DNA from: a virus
IMG/VR virus record: IMGVR_UViG_3300032235_000467
Direction: 5' to 3' (one strand)
DNA length: 64,000 nt
Position 1 is the stretch's first letter. Every line of letters starts with the position of its first letter. Shown here piece after piece: positions 19,744 to 29,974 of this stretch. Under the pieces are notes generated by a model. That model worked only from the letters and a program-made list of their open reading frames with translations. It searched no databases and was not told the DNA's origin. A program made the position numbers and the translations under genes.

Positions 19744-20403
19744 ATGGGATATTTAAACAATACCGTAGTAACTGTCGATGCTATTTTGACTAAAAAAGGC
19801 CGGGAACTCCTAGCCAGGAACGACGGGTCTTTCAGAATTACACAATTTGCAATGGCTGACGATGAGATAGATTATACTCTGTACAATACAACTCACCCTT
19901 CAGGATCAGCTTTTTATGGCGAAGCCATAGAAAATATGCCTCTTTTAGAAGCATTCCCAGACGAGAATCAAATCATGAAATATAAACTGGTAACCCTTCC
20001 TAGAGGAACAAGTAAGCTGCCAGTTATCAATGTAGGGTACGCTAGCATAGTCCTTAAACAAGCTGCTTCCATAGTAATAACCCCACAGACTTTGAATTAT
20101 CTAGGTGCTACTTCTACATTTGAGCCTAGCGGATATGTAGTAACCGTTGGAGATGCTAGACTTTTGTCTACCTTTAGTGGGATAGGAATTGATACCACTA
20201 ATTTAGGTATATCTGATTTGAACAGCACTACAGGAACTCAGATAAGCAAAACCGCAATAGGAACGTCTTTTACTTTGGTAGGTACTACAATAGATACTCT
20301 ATTCGGAAGCACATTAACCAGCCTAAGCACAACTATAACTGTAGTTGGTAGGGATTCTGGTGCTAGAATCACCATTCCATTAACTGTAAAAAAGAATAAA
20401 TAA
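19744..20403 (+). CDS. baseplate/tail-fibre attachment protein
   Basis: DAILTKKGRELLA...FRITQFAMADDEIDY resembles fibre-proximal N-terminal domains. Confidence 0.65.
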   Translation: MGYLNNTVVTVDAILTKKGRELLARNDGSFRITQFAMADDEIDYTLYNTTHPSGSAFYGEAIENMPLLEAFPDENQIMKYKLVTLPRGTSKLPVINVGYASIVLKQAASIVITPQTLNYLGATSTFEPSGYVVTVGDARLLSTFSGIGIDTTNLGISDLNSTTGTQISKTAIGTSFTLVGTTIDTLFGSTLTSLSTTITVVGRDSGARITIPLTVKKNK

Positions 20404-21431
20404 TGTCCTTCATAACATTTCAAGATGATGATAGTGTAATAAGTTCGGAGGCCATAACGGCACCTCTATGGACTTCTAACGTCTATAACATAACCGCTTC
20501 ATTCACATCCAGTGTTCAACAGGGAGACAATACAGGAAAGTATTACTTAAATGTGTACAATCTACCAGTTGGAAGTGACGGATCAGAGACGCAATATTCA
20601 GTGGCCTACGGACATATATCAGGTAGCGGATCAGCTGTTTTTAATAGTCTGGTAGATGAAAAAAGTCCAACAAGAGACATATACGGACAGTACAGAAATT
20701 TAGTATACGGAGATGAAGGTAGCGTATTTAACTTTGGAGGAAGCAATGGAGTGTCCAGGGATATATTTGCAATCAATATAAACAGGTCTAGATATAAAGA
20801 AAAGATCAATACCGGAACTTGGAACTTGACTTTAAAGAATGGCAGTAGCTTCTTATATTTAACTGATAATAGCAAAGATACTTCTGTAAATAGCTTTATT
20901 GGAGGAAATAGGGTATACTACATCGTAAGCGGATCTAATGGTAATAGTTACAATACGTCTTCTGTACAGACTGCTAGCGGAAGCTATGGGTATTTCTTTC
21001 CAGATATGGGTATATATGTATTGAATCCAAGAGCGTTGTCACTTTCATATGCTAATGGTGGTATAGGTATGACTGTAGATGAGACAAGCGCATTGTCATA
21101 TACAGCCACTTATAATATAAATGCAGACAGATTATTTAGAGTAATAAACTCTGGATCGTCTTTTCAAGCAAAAAGTGAGGAGACTATATCATCTAGGTAT
21201 TTCTTTGTAAATGCAAAAAGTTCCCAGTTAAACTATACAACAAACCCGTCTATTATAGATGAAAACGGAAATGTACTGTACTCTGTATTGATAGATAATC
21301 CGCAGGTGTTTCCAACAACTATAGGATTGTATAACGATGCTAATGAGCTTTTGGCTGTTGCTAAATTAAGTAAACCTTTGCCAAAAGACTTCACTAAGCA
21401 GATAACATGTAGAGTCAAATTAGAATTTTAA
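20403..21431 (+). CDS. baseplate/tail-associated protein
   Basis: C-terminal TTIGLYNDANELLAVAKLSKPLPKDF motif. Confidence 0.65.
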   Translation: MSFITFQDDDSVISSEAITAPLWTSNVYNITASFTSSVQQGDNTGKYYLNVYNLPVGSDGSETQYSVAYGHISGSGSAVFNSLVDEKSPTRDIYGQYRNLVYGDEGSVFNFGGSNGVSRDIFAININRSRYKEKINTGTWNLTLKNGSSFLYLTDNSKDTSVNSFIGGNRVYYIVSGSNGNSYNTSSVQTASGSYGYFFPDMGIYVLNPRALSLSYANGGIGMTVDETSALSYTATYNINADRLFRVINSGSSFQAKSEETISSRYFFVNAKSSQLNYTTNPSIIDENGNVLYSVLIDNPQVFPTTIGLYNDANELLAVAKLSKPLPKDFTKQITCRVKLEF

Positions 21432-21448
21432 ATTCGAGATGACTACAT

Positions 21449-23509
21449 ATGTCGGCATACAAACGTTTATATAAGTCAGATATAGTTAATACTCCATATA
21501 TATCAAATAAAAATTGGAGTATTAGCGTATGTGATTTAGAGTCTTACGGAATCAGAGTATACAATGGTGTAAAAACCAGTAGTATATTCGATTATAATAA
21601 TGACATTAAGACCAATAATGAATACGATAGATTGGTTTTTGATTCAGTAAACCATTTGTATTATCAATCATTTTCTGGATCATATTTAGATGATTCTTCA
21701 AATTTATCATCTCTAAACTACGCTAGCGCATCTATATACAGACCTTCTGGATCTTATTATGATTATACACCTCAAGGGTATATGATAAAAGAGTTCCCTA
21801 CAGGATCAGATGCTACCATAAAAGTATTATCAATATCTAAAGACGTTTATAGTACATCTGTAAAGAAAATGTCTTTTAACATTTCTACATCCTTTATGAA
21901 TTTACAGGATGATGGAAAAGGTAATGTGTACGACACCTCAGGATCCGATATTTTAGTAGGCAATATATTCTATGAACATGGCCTAATAATAGTAACTCAC
22001 CCAGACTATCAAGAGATATTTCCAATACCCCCATATGCAAAAGATGATTATGTATCATTTTCATCTTCAACAACTCCTAAGCTGATAAGTCCTTTAGCAA
22101 ATGATAATACTAGAGGGTGGGTTTCTTTAACGGGATCGATAGAGTTATCAGGGTCAGATGCTGCCTATTTTACTAATAATGGAAACGGCACCTTAACGTT
22201 AAGCGCCAGTGTCGTTGGAACATATACAACACACTACAGATTTTCAACCAGTAGTTCTGATAGTAGTTGTATTCTTAAGTCAAATTATGCTAAAATTGAA
22301 GCTAAAGTCGGTAAACCTCTATGTAAGTTTATTGTATATGCTATATATTTGACCCCTACCCCTACTCCAACACCTACTGCAACTCCAACAGTTACTCCTA
22401 CTCCAACACCTACTGTAACACCTACTGCAACAGCAACACCAACTCCAACTGGAGCACCTACTAATACACCTACTCCAACTCCTACCCCAACTAACACAGC
22501 TACTCCTACAGCTACAGCTACGCCAGTACCTCCAACAGCAACACCTACTCCTACGCCAACTGGAGCACCTACTAATACACCAACTCCTACTCCAACGCCT
22601 ACTGCAACAGCAACAGCAACACCTACTCCTGAACCACCAACAGCAACGCCTACTCCAACTCCTACCCCGACAGGAGCTCCTACTAATACGCCTACCCCAA
22701 CTCCTACTCCTGAACCGCCAACGGCAACACCTACTCCTACTGCAACAGCTACGCCTACTCCTACTCCTGAACCACCAACAGCAACACCTACTCCTACTGC
22801 AACAGCTACGCCTACTCCTACTCCTACAACTGAACCGCCTACAGCTACACCAACTCCTACAGCTACACCAACGCCTACTCCTGAACCACCGACAGCAACA
22901 CCTACTCCTACTGCAACGCCTACTGCAACAGCTACTCCTACTAATACTCCTGTTCCACCAACAGCAACGCCTACTCCTACTGCAACGGCCACTCCAACGC
23001 CTACAGCTGAACCGCCTACAGCTACTCCTACACCTACACCAACGAACACTTCTGTACCTACTAATACTCCTACACCTACACCAACAAACACTCCAACACC
23101 TACTCCTACAGTAGTGTCCTTCTCTTATAGCTTTGACTACGCCTCTACTTGTGCGGTAGCTTGTGAGTACATGGAGCCTGTATCTGTATACAGTGCTGAC
23201 AGTCCTCTTGTCGTAGGATCTAGACTATTCTTTGATAGTGGATTAACTAATGAAGTGTTTTATAATTATTATTATAGTAATGGAACAACTTGCTATAGAT
23301 ATGAAGAAATTGATGGTTTTGGAGAAATAATATCAATATCTTCGTGTAATACTCCAACACCTACTCCAACACCTACAACTACTCCTGAGCCTACAGCAAC
23401 TCCTAGTACGTGCTATCAGTGTTCTCAAGATCTTAGCATATACACCACATTAATTGAGTGTGAGACTAGTTGTGATGGAGGAGTTTGTGCAGAAGCGGTT
23501 TGCCCTTAA
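21449..23509 (+). CDS. baseplate-type N-domain + Ig-like domain + mucin-like Pro/Thr stalk + Cys-rich tip
   Basis: LQDDGKGN...[14 protein letters not shown]; PYAKDD...PLAND (Ig/cadherin-like); ~250-aa PT tract; Cys-rich C-terminus. Confidence 0.75.
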   Translation: MSAYKRLYKSDIVNTPYISNKNWSISVCDLESYGIRVYNGVKTSSIFDYNNDIKTNNEYDRLVFDSVNHLYYQSFSGSYLDDSSNLSSLNYASASIYRPSGSYYDYTPQGYMIKEFPTGSDATIKVLSISKDVYSTSVKKMSFNISTSFMNLQDDGKGNVYDTSGSDILVGNIFYEHGLIIVTHPDYQEIFPIPPYAKDDYVSFSSSTTPKLISPLANDNTRGWVSLTGSIELSGSDAAYFTNNGNGTLTLSASVVGTYTTHYRFSTSSSDSSCILKSNYAKIEAKVGKPLCKFIVYAIYLTPTPTPTPTATPTVTPTPTPTVTPTATATPTPTGAPTNTPTPTPTPTNTATPTATATPVPPTATPTPTPTGAPTNTPTPTPTPTATATATPTPEPPTATPTPTPTPTGAPTNTPTPTPTPEPPTATPTPTATATPTPTPEPPTATPTPTATATPTPTPTTEPPTATPTPTATPTPTPEPPTATPTPTATPTATATPTNTPVPPTATPTPTATATPTPTAEPPTATPTPTPTNTSVPTNTPTPTPTNTPTPTPTVVSFSYSFDYASTCAVACEYMEPVSVYSADSPLVVGSRLFFDSGLTNEVFYNYYYSNGTTCYRYEEIDGFGEIISISSCNTPTPTPTPTTTPEPTATPSTCYQCSQDLSIYTTLIECETSCDGGVCAEAVCP
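22352..23110 (+). repeat. Pro-Thr coding repeat ([20 protein letters not shown]), ~253 codons
   Basis: Degenerate CCN-ACN 6-nt periodicity. Confidence 0.95.
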
Positions 23510-23545
23510 TGTTTAAATTGTTATTTTTTTATGTAAAAAATATTC

Positions 23546-23553
23546 TATATTTG
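23546..23553 (+). promoter_or_regulatory. Bacteroidota-type -7 element TATATTTG upstream of the glyco-enzyme operon
   Basis: TAnnTTTG 13 nt before ATG 23567; -33 element is poor. Confidence 0.45.
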
Positions 23554-23566
23554 TAAAAAATAGTAT

Positions 23567-24832
23567 ATGAGTTTCGAAAATGATAAGATATTTGTACAGA
23601 TAGCTAGCTACAGAGATCCTCAGTTAATACTTACGATAGACGACATGATAACCAGGGCTAAATACCCTGAAAGATTGACATTCGGTATATGCTGGCAATA
23701 CGATGAAGATGAAGATACTGAAATATTTGACAAGAAGCCAAATTTTCGTATAAAAAAATATCATTATAGCGAAAGTGAAGGTTTAGGATGGGCAAGAAAT
23801 GTTACTAACAGTCTATATGAAGGAGAAAAGTACACATTACAAATAGATAGCCACCACAGATTTGTCGATGGGTGGGATGAGATATTAATGGAAGATTACC
23901 TCCAAGCTTTAGAAATATCGGAAAAACCGATTATTACTACCTATTGTACACCATTTGATCCGGAAGGATGTAGATGTAAATATGAAAAACTACCATCCTT
24001 GATGTCTCAGTATGAGTTCTCGGCAGATAAATTACTTATGAGTATGCCTTGGTATATTCAGGATTATCAGCAAAGAACTAAGGTAATAAGAGCTAGAACC
24101 ATAAGCGGACATTTTTATTTTGTAGATGGGAGTTTTATAGACGAAGTAAGGTATGACCCAGACATATATTTTGGTGGATACACTGAAGAGACGACTCTTA
24201 GTGTAAGAGCCTTTACAAAAGGGTATGATTTCTTTAGCCCATATAGAATGATTATGTGGCATGAATATACCCGTAATTATAGGCGCAAACACTGGGAAGA
24301 TCATGGTGCGGAAAGTGCTACAAAGAAGACTTCTGGAGAAAGGGATGTATACGCTAGGAACAAGACCAGGCAGTTATTTGGGCAAGAGGATCATGGTATT
24401 GATATGGGAATATATGGACTAGGAGATGTAAGATCATTACACGATTACGAGGTATATGGAGGATTTGATTTTAAGAATTGTAGAATACAAGACTATACTC
24501 TTAAGGTTAAAGAACCCCCAAACCCTATAGATTGGGAAGAACAGTTTAAGACATATAAACAGGATGTTACAGTTTATTGGGATGTAGAATTCTTTAAGAA
24601 GTTTGGATTTGAAAATCCTAAATTTTTAACACTAGGAATACAAACAAAATCCGGAATAGAAATATATCGCAAAGATTTTAAAATAGACACAGACCCAGAA
24701 TATGTTAATTTAATAAAAAACATTCACACAGTTAAAGTAGATTCTCAGGACAAGCCCTCTAAAATAGTAATGTACCTATTTGATGAAATTAAACAGTGGA
24801 GTGACAGATACGAAAAAGATATTAACATATGA
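23567..24832 (+). CDS. GT60-like polypeptide/hydroxyproline alpha-GlcNAc transferase
   Basis: IFVQIASYRDP, GLGWAR, YTLQIDSHHRF..GWD, EE..LSVRAFTKGYD, WHEY.R; no TM segment. Confidence 0.8.
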   Translation: MSFENDKIFVQIASYRDPQLILTIDDMITRAKYPERLTFGICWQYDEDEDTEIFDKKPNFRIKKYHYSESEGLGWARNVTNSLYEGEKYTLQIDSHHRFVDGWDEILMEDYLQALEISEKPIITTYCTPFDPEGCRCKYEKLPSLMSQYEFSADKLLMSMPWYIQDYQQRTKVIRARTISGHFYFVDGSFIDEVRYDPDIYFGGYTEETTLSVRAFTKGYDFFSPYRMIMWHEYTRNYRRKHWEDHGAESATKKTSGERDVYARNKTRQLFGQEDHGIDMGIYGLGDVRSLHDYEVYGGFDFKNCRIQDYTLKVKEPPNPIDWEEQFKTYKQDVTVYWDVEFFKKFGFENPKFLTLGIQTKSGIEIYRKDFKIDTDPEYVNLIKNIHTVKVDSQDKPSKIVMYLFDEIKQWSDRYEKDINI

Positions 24833-26004
24833 GAATAGCTTTCATAGTTATAGGGAATAGTCGCAGAAGCAACTATCTAAATGGAGATACTATAAGGTAT
24901 GGGGGCGGAGGAGGATCAGGAACAGACGGAAGCTCAATAATAGTAGCAGAACAGCTATCTTTGTTAGGACATGAGGTAGTTATAGCATCTGAAAAGCTAG
25001 AGCCTCAATTAGAAGTAGCATATTCTCAAAAAGGAATTAATTTTGATTCTGGGAAAATAGTTAGAGGAGTCCAATACTGCAATATGGACTTTGAAGGTGT
25101 TGAAAATAAAGAATTTGATATTTTAGTAAGTAGTCTGTGGTTTCATGGATATGATAAAATGCCTATAGTAGTAACAAAGGCATTGATATATTGGTGCCAT
25201 ATGCAATGGATTTATGGTATAGAAGAGGTTTTAAACTACGTAAACAGCAATAACTTAGCCCTAGGGTTTGTTAATATATCAGAATGGGAAAGAAACATGA
25301 ATCAAGGAGTGCTTAATTCGGTTAAAACTAGATTCCCATCAGTTAAAAATACTTTAATACCAAATCCAGTAATGGATGATATAATAGAGGAAGTACTATC
25401 ATTAAATCTGCAAAAAAAGAAACATAAGGTAGTGTTTCATGCAGCTTGGGCTAGAGGCGGAAATGTAGCAATAGAAGCTGTAAGAAAGTTAGGATGGGAA
25501 GATGTTGAATTTCATGCTTTTGATTATTTGATGGCAACTCATGCTCATAATGATTCATTTTTTAATATGCACAATGGCGTAGATAAGAAAACACTATTTA
25601 CACATATAGCAGAGAGTGAATATTTTATATACCCTCTATATACACCATACCAGGATGTACACAAGGATACTTTTAGCTGTGTAGTAGCTGAATCTATAGC
25701 ATTAGGGGCAATACCTGTAACATACCCATTAGGAGCCTTACCTGAGAATTTTCAAGATTATTGTGCGTGGCTAGAGCCGCCACCAGGAGCAGATCTAGAA
25801 AAAATGCAAAAAGAATCACTATCCAAAGATTTGGAAGGTATATTCAAATATAATGATAATATAGTAAATAAAATAAACTATTTAGAGTCAAATCCTAAAA
25901 TAAAAGAGGATTTAATAAAAACAGGAAAACAATACATATTAGATAAGTTTAACGCTAATAGGATAGGGAATATGTGGCAAAGTTTTATAAATGAAATAGT
26001 ATGA
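24829..26004 (+). CDS. GT-B fold glycosyltransferase (GT4-like)
   Basis: GGSGTD...LSLLGHEV; DTFSCVVAESIALGAIPVT..LGALPE (E/D-x7-E motif). Confidence 0.8.
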   Translation: MRIAFIVIGNSRRSNYLNGDTIRYGGGGGSGTDGSSIIVAEQLSLLGHEVVIASEKLEPQLEVAYSQKGINFDSGKIVRGVQYCNMDFEGVENKEFDILVSSLWFHGYDKMPIVVTKALIYWCHMQWIYGIEEVLNYVNSNNLALGFVNISEWERNMNQGVLNSVKTRFPSVKNTLIPNPVMDDIIEEVLSLNLQKKKHKVVFHAAWARGGNVAIEAVRKLGWEDVEFHAFDYLMATHAHNDSFFNMHNGVDKKTLFTHIAESEYFIYPLYTPYQDVHKDTFSCVVAESIALGAIPVTYPLGALPENFQDYCAWLEPPPGADLEKMQKESLSKDLEGIFKYNDNIVNKINYLESNPKIKEDLIKTGKQYILDKFNANRIGNMWQSFINEIV

Positions 26005-26687
26005 GTGAAGACTTTACAAATTATTATAAATTATTACATAATGATATAACAATTCCTATAGATCATATAAAATATCTTAACACTATTAACTATTATCCAA
26101 AAGTAGTTTTTGATATAGGAGCCGCAGTATTACACTGGACTAAAGAAGCTAAAAAAATATGGCCTAATGCAAAATACTATGCATTTGAAGGAATGACGCA
26201 AGTTAAAAAATTTTACGAGTATATGCAACAAGATCATACTATAGGATTATTATCCGATATAGTAGATAAAGAAGTTGTATACAACTGTAATCCTATTAAT
26301 TTAGGAGGAAATTCTTATTACAAAGAAAATGAAGAATATTCCTCAGCAGCAAAAAAAATATACACAAAAGAATTTGAAGAAGTTAGAACTACAACTACTT
26401 TAGATTACATAGTTAAAACCTATAAATACCCACAACCTGATTTTATTAAAATAGATGTACAGGGAGCTGAGATAGATGTATTAATTGGAGCTGAAGATAC
26501 TTTAAAAGGAGTCAATCATTTGATTATAGAATTACAGCATGTACAGTATAATATAGGAGCTAAGTTAGTAGAAGAATCTCTACCTTTTATAGAATCTTTG
26601 GGATTTCAATTAGTCCCCACAGGAAACGATAACAAGTATTTTTGTGGTAACGGGCCAGATGCTGATTATCATTTTATAAAAAAATAG
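26001..26687 (+). CDS. FkbM-family SAM-dependent methyltransferase
   Basis: VFDIGA, YAFE, TTLD, PDFIKIDVQGAEIDVLIGA. Confidence 0.88.
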   Translation: MSEDFTNYYKLLHNDITIPIDHIKYLNTINYYPKVVFDIGAAVLHWTKEAKKIWPNAKYYAFEGMTQVKKFYEYMQQDHTIGLLSDIVDKEVVYNCNPINLGGNSYYKENEEYSSAAKKIYTKEFEEVRTTTTLDYIVKTYKYPQPDFIKIDVQGAEIDVLIGAEDTLKGVNHLIIELQHVQYNIGAKLVEESLPFIESLGFQLVPTGNDNKYFCGNGPDADYHFIKK

Positions 26688-26690
26688 GTT

Positions 26691-27782
26691 ATGTACGATT
26701 ATACAATAGTAGGATCAGGATTGTTTGGATCTGTATGTGCTAGAGAGCTTACAGATAAGGGGTATAAATGTCTTGTAATAGACAAGCGTAATCACATAGG
26801 AGGCAATTGCTATACAGAAAATATAGATGATATAAATGTTCATAAATACGGGCCACACATATTCCACACATCTGATAAAAAAGTTTGGGAATATGTAAAT
26901 AGGTTTGCTACTTTTAATAACTTCAGCTATAGGCCAAAAGTAAACTACAAAGGAAAAATATACTCGTTCCCTATAAACCTAATGACTCTATACCAGGTTT
27001 ATGGAGTAACAACTCCAGATGAGGCTACTAGAAAACTAGAAGATGTTAAAATAGATATACCAAGTCCAAAAAATCTAGAAGAGTGGATTCTATCTCAAGT
27101 AGGCCCAGAATTGTACAACATATTTGTGAAGGGGTACACCAAAAAACAATGGAAGAAAGATCCAAAAGATCTACCATCAAGCATAATAAGAAGGTTACCA
27201 ATAAGAATGTCTTTTGAAGATAATTATTATGAAGACGTATACTCAGGAATACCAATAGGAGGATACACACAGATATTTGAAAACCTACTATCAGGTATAG
27301 AAGTACGCCTAAATACCGATTATTTTTACAATAGAGATTATTTTAATGATATTGCTAAAAAAGTAATATATACTGGTCCTATAGATAGATTTTATTCATA
27401 TATGCATGGAAAATTGGAGTACAGAAGCCTTAGATTTGAAACTGTAAAGTTAAATATGCCTGATTATCAAGGTGTTGCTGGTATGAATTATACTGATGAA
27501 GAAGTTCCTTTTACAAGGATAGTAGAACATAAGCACTTTGAATTTGGAAAACAAAAGAGTACGATAGTAACATTTGAGTATCCAGAATCTACTGGAGAGC
27601 CATATTACCCTATAAACGATGAAATAAATAACTCTGTGTATAAAAAATACAGAGAAATGATGGATAAAGAGACTAAATACCTATTTGGTGGTAGATTGAC
27701 GGACTATAAATATTATGATATGCACCAAGTTATAGCATCTGCCTTATCTAAAAGCCAGAAAGAAAATATTTATAATATATGA
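26691..27782 (+). CDS. glf: UDP-galactopyranose mutase
   Basis: [57 protein letters not shown]. Confidence 0.95.
   Translation: MYDYTIVGSGLFGSVCARELTDKGYKCLVIDKRNHIGGNCYTENIDDINVHKYGPHIFHTSDKKVWEYVNRFATFNNFSYRPKVNYKGKIYSFPINLMTLYQVYGVTTPDEATRKLEDVKIDIPSPKNLEEWILSQVGPELYNIFVKGYTKKQWKKDPKDLPSSIIRRLPIRMSFEDNYYEDVYSGIPIGGYTQIFENLLSGIEVRLNTDYFYNRDYFNDIAKKVIYTGPIDRFYSYMHGKLEYRSLRFETVKLNMPDYQGVAGMNYTDEEVPFTRIVEHKHFEFGKQKSTIVTFEYPESTGEPYYPINDEINNSVYKKYREMMDKETKYLFGGRLTDYKYYDMHQVIASALSKSQKENIYNI
27767..27774 (+). promoter_or_regulatory. putative late promoter TATTTATA
   Basis: Within the 3' end of glf, 4 nt before ATG 27779. Confidence 0.55.
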
Positions 27783-28438
27783 ACACGTATCAAGTCTTTA
27801 TTTCTGGGGACGCCGCAGGTCCATTTGATGTATACTATGATAGTATATCAGTTGGTACACAACTAGATACTGGCGTTTCTAGGAGTAATCTCTTGGCAGG
27901 TTATACTGTAACTGGTATACCTGATTCCGCATCTAGCATAATAGTTTTTAATACAGATTCAGGATGTAATAACTTTGTTACTTATTTTATAAAACCACCT
28001 ACCCCAACCCCTACACCTACACCTACACCAACACCAACACCAACTGTAGTAGTAGATTGTTCAATGTCTGGAGGTTCTATAATAGAGGCAACCCCTACTC
28101 CTACACCTACCCTAACTGTAACGCCGACACCAACAGCTACAGCAACGTCAACACCTACGCCAACAGCAACGTCAACACCTACGCCAACTCCTACATTAAC
28201 ATCATATGATCACTATATAGCAGATGAATACTACTGTCCTGGATGTACAATAAAAACATCTGGAGTAGTTGTAGCATTCCCAGCTGGTCAAACAGTTGTT
28301 GTAGGAAGATGGTATCCTGATGCAAGTGATACATCACACACATTCTTGATAGTAAGTACTACATCATCTGGTCCAGGGTACATACTAACGAATGAATTTG
28401 GATCGTTTACAGCTTGTAACATAGCTTGTTCAATATAA
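27779..28438 (+). CDS. Pro/Thr-repeat (mucin-like) protein, paralog A
   Basis: N-domain AGPF...[12 protein letters not shown]...C; two PT tracts; Cys-containing C-domain; no signal peptide. Confidence 0.8.
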   Translation: MNTYQVFISGDAAGPFDVYYDSISVGTQLDTGVSRSNLLAGYTVTGIPDSASSIIVFNTDSGCNNFVTYFIKPPTPTPTPTPTPTPTPTVVVDCSMSGGSIIEATPTPTPTLTVTPTPTATATSTPTPTATSTPTPTPTLTSYDHYIADEYYCPGCTIKTSGVVVAFPAGQTVVVGRWYPDASDTSHTFLIVSTTSSGPGYILTNEFGSFTACNIACSI

Positions 28439-28455
28439 TGAAAATATAATAGTAT

Positions 28456-29211
28456 ATGCCTACTAAATCAATAACAGTAACAATAGCAAGTATAGGATCT
28501 TCCGCAGGACCTTTTAACATATCTGATGATGTTTTGGGAGTTGTTGCTATGAATGTAAGTAGGTCTCAGCTATTATCAGGATATAGTGTAAACGTGGACA
28601 CTACTGCAACTGTAGTAACTGTCGCATCTGTTGGAGACTGTACAACATCATTAAACATACTTTTATCAACCCCTACACCAACTCCTACTCCTACTGTAAC
28701 TCCAACTCCTACCGTAACTCCAACTCCTACTCAAAACCCTATATACTTTGATAGTAACTTTACAAACACTGCAAATGTTTGTGGAGGTAATCCTACTAAT
28801 ACTGGAGGCAAGATATGGTCGAGACTGGTAGCTCCTTCAGGAAGTACAGTAGAATTTACGGTTACAGCTGAACAGTTCATAACTAGTATAAATGCTGTAA
28901 GCGCATCTATATCAGGAATATTATATAATACAACACTACCTTCTTCAAACCCAACAAAAGGAACAGTAGTTACGTCATCATACGCAAGTATCCTAAGTGC
29001 AGATGTTCCTAACTATATATCAGATACACAAGTAGTCACAGTAACAATACCATCACAAGGATATCAAGATTACTTGTTAATATATAATACTTATAATATA
29101 GCTTCAAACTTTACAAATGGAGAAGTTAGGGCCACAATAACAAAAGTAAATGGGGTAGCAGTAAGCAATGCAGGAAGCTTGGCAACATCTTATAACTGTT
29201 CCAATCCGTAA
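28456..29211 (+). CDS. Pro/Thr-repeat (mucin-like) protein, paralog B
   Basis: N-domain AGPF...VSRSQLLSGYSV...C; PT tract; beta-rich C-domain. Confidence 0.8.
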   Translation: MPTKSITVTIASIGSSAGPFNISDDVLGVVAMNVSRSQLLSGYSVNVDTTATVVTVASVGDCTTSLNILLSTPTPTPTPTVTPTPTVTPTPTQNPIYFDSNFTNTANVCGGNPTNTGGKIWSRLVAPSGSTVEFTVTAEQFITSINAVSASISGILYNTTLPSSNPTKGTVVTSSYASILSADVPNYISDTQVVTVTIPSQGYQDYLLIYNTYNIASNFTNGEVRATITKVNGVAVSNAGSLATSYNCSNP

Positions 29212-29223
29212 TAATATAAAAAT

Positions 29224-29523
29224 ATGGTAGAATATCAAGATTTTAAGCTTAACTTTACTAATAATCACATGATTATAGAACGTAATATAAAATGTACGAT
29301 CAAAGATCATGAGATGGGATATAGCTATAATCCATCATTACTGACATCAGGCAGCCAAGAAAATATGCTAGGGTTTGCTACAGGATCTGATTTTATGCCA
29401 TATGTTACCACTATAGGGTTTTACAATGATACTAATGATTTATTGATGGTAGCTAAATTTGCTCAACCAGTACCAATATCAGCAAATACAGATACAAATT
29501 TCTTAATTAGAATGGATATATAA
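29224..29523 (+). CDS. stand-alone C-terminal domain of baseplate protein (paralog of the 20403..21431 C-terminus)
   Basis: YSYNPS...PYVTTIGFYNDTNDLLMVAKFAQPVP..FLIRMDI vs NYTTNPS...VFPTTIGLYNDANELLAVAKLSKPLP..CRVKLEF. Confidence 0.75.
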   Translation: MVEYQDFKLNFTNNHMIIERNIKCTIKDHEMGYSYNPSLLTSGSQENMLGFATGSDFMPYVTTIGFYNDTNDLLMVAKFAQPVPISANTDTNFLIRMDI

Positions 29524-29524
29524 T

Positions 29525-29959
29525 ATGTGGTTTTACAAAGGACAGGTTATAACAGACATTTCCCAGTTTCCAGAAAATGCATATGGTTTTATATACAAGA
29601 TAAGAAAAATAGACGGAGGCAAATTCTATATAGGGAGAAAGAATTTAGTATCAGAAAGAAACAAACCTTTAACAAAAAAGGAGATATCAGAACATACCGG
29701 TAAGGGTAAGAAACCTACTAAAAAGAAAGTAGTATCTGAGAGCGATTGGAAGACTTATTACGGGTCTAATGCTGCGCTTAAGGCCGATATAAAGGAGCTA
29801 GGTAAAGAATCCTTTGTTAGGGAGATAATGCATATATGCACCCACAAGAAACAAATGACATATCAAGAGTTAAGACATCAGATTATAAATGGGTGTCTAG
29901 AGTCTACAAACTGCTATGTTGATAACATTCTTGGTAAGTTTTGGAGAAAAGATATTTAG
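29525..29959 (+). CDS. GIY-YIG-type endonuclease-like protein
   Basis: YGFIYKI...KFYIGRK...ESDWKTYYGS...FVREI. Confidence 0.7.
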   Translation: MWFYKGQVITDISQFPENAYGFIYKIRKIDGGKFYIGRKNLVSERNKPLTKKEISEHTGKGKKPTKKKVVSESDWKTYYGSNAALKADIKELGKESFVREIMHICTHKKQMTYQELRHQIINGCLESTNCYVDNILGKFWRKDI

Positions 29960-29970
29960 TCGTATCTTTG
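29940..29970 (+). promoter_or_regulatory. Bacteroidota primary-sigma-type promoter upstream of primase
   Basis: TTTG(29940-29943)-N19-TATCTTTG(29963-29970). Confidence 0.65.
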
Positions 29971-29974
29971 GTCA

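Noticed and set aside
22285-23091. 268-aa VGVG-repeat ORF on minus strand
   Set aside because: Antisense shadow of the Pro-Thr tract
23567-27782. Cassette as a DNA-hypermodification or host O-antigen locus
   Set aside because: No base-hydroxylase/thymidylate-synthase partner, flippase or polymerase nearby; context and GT60 specificity favour protein substrates, though not excluded
29525-29959. GIY-YIG gene as the mobiliser of the glyco-cassette
   Set aside because: It lies outside the split gene, is short and lacks an evident DNA-binding extension; adjacency alone is insufficient
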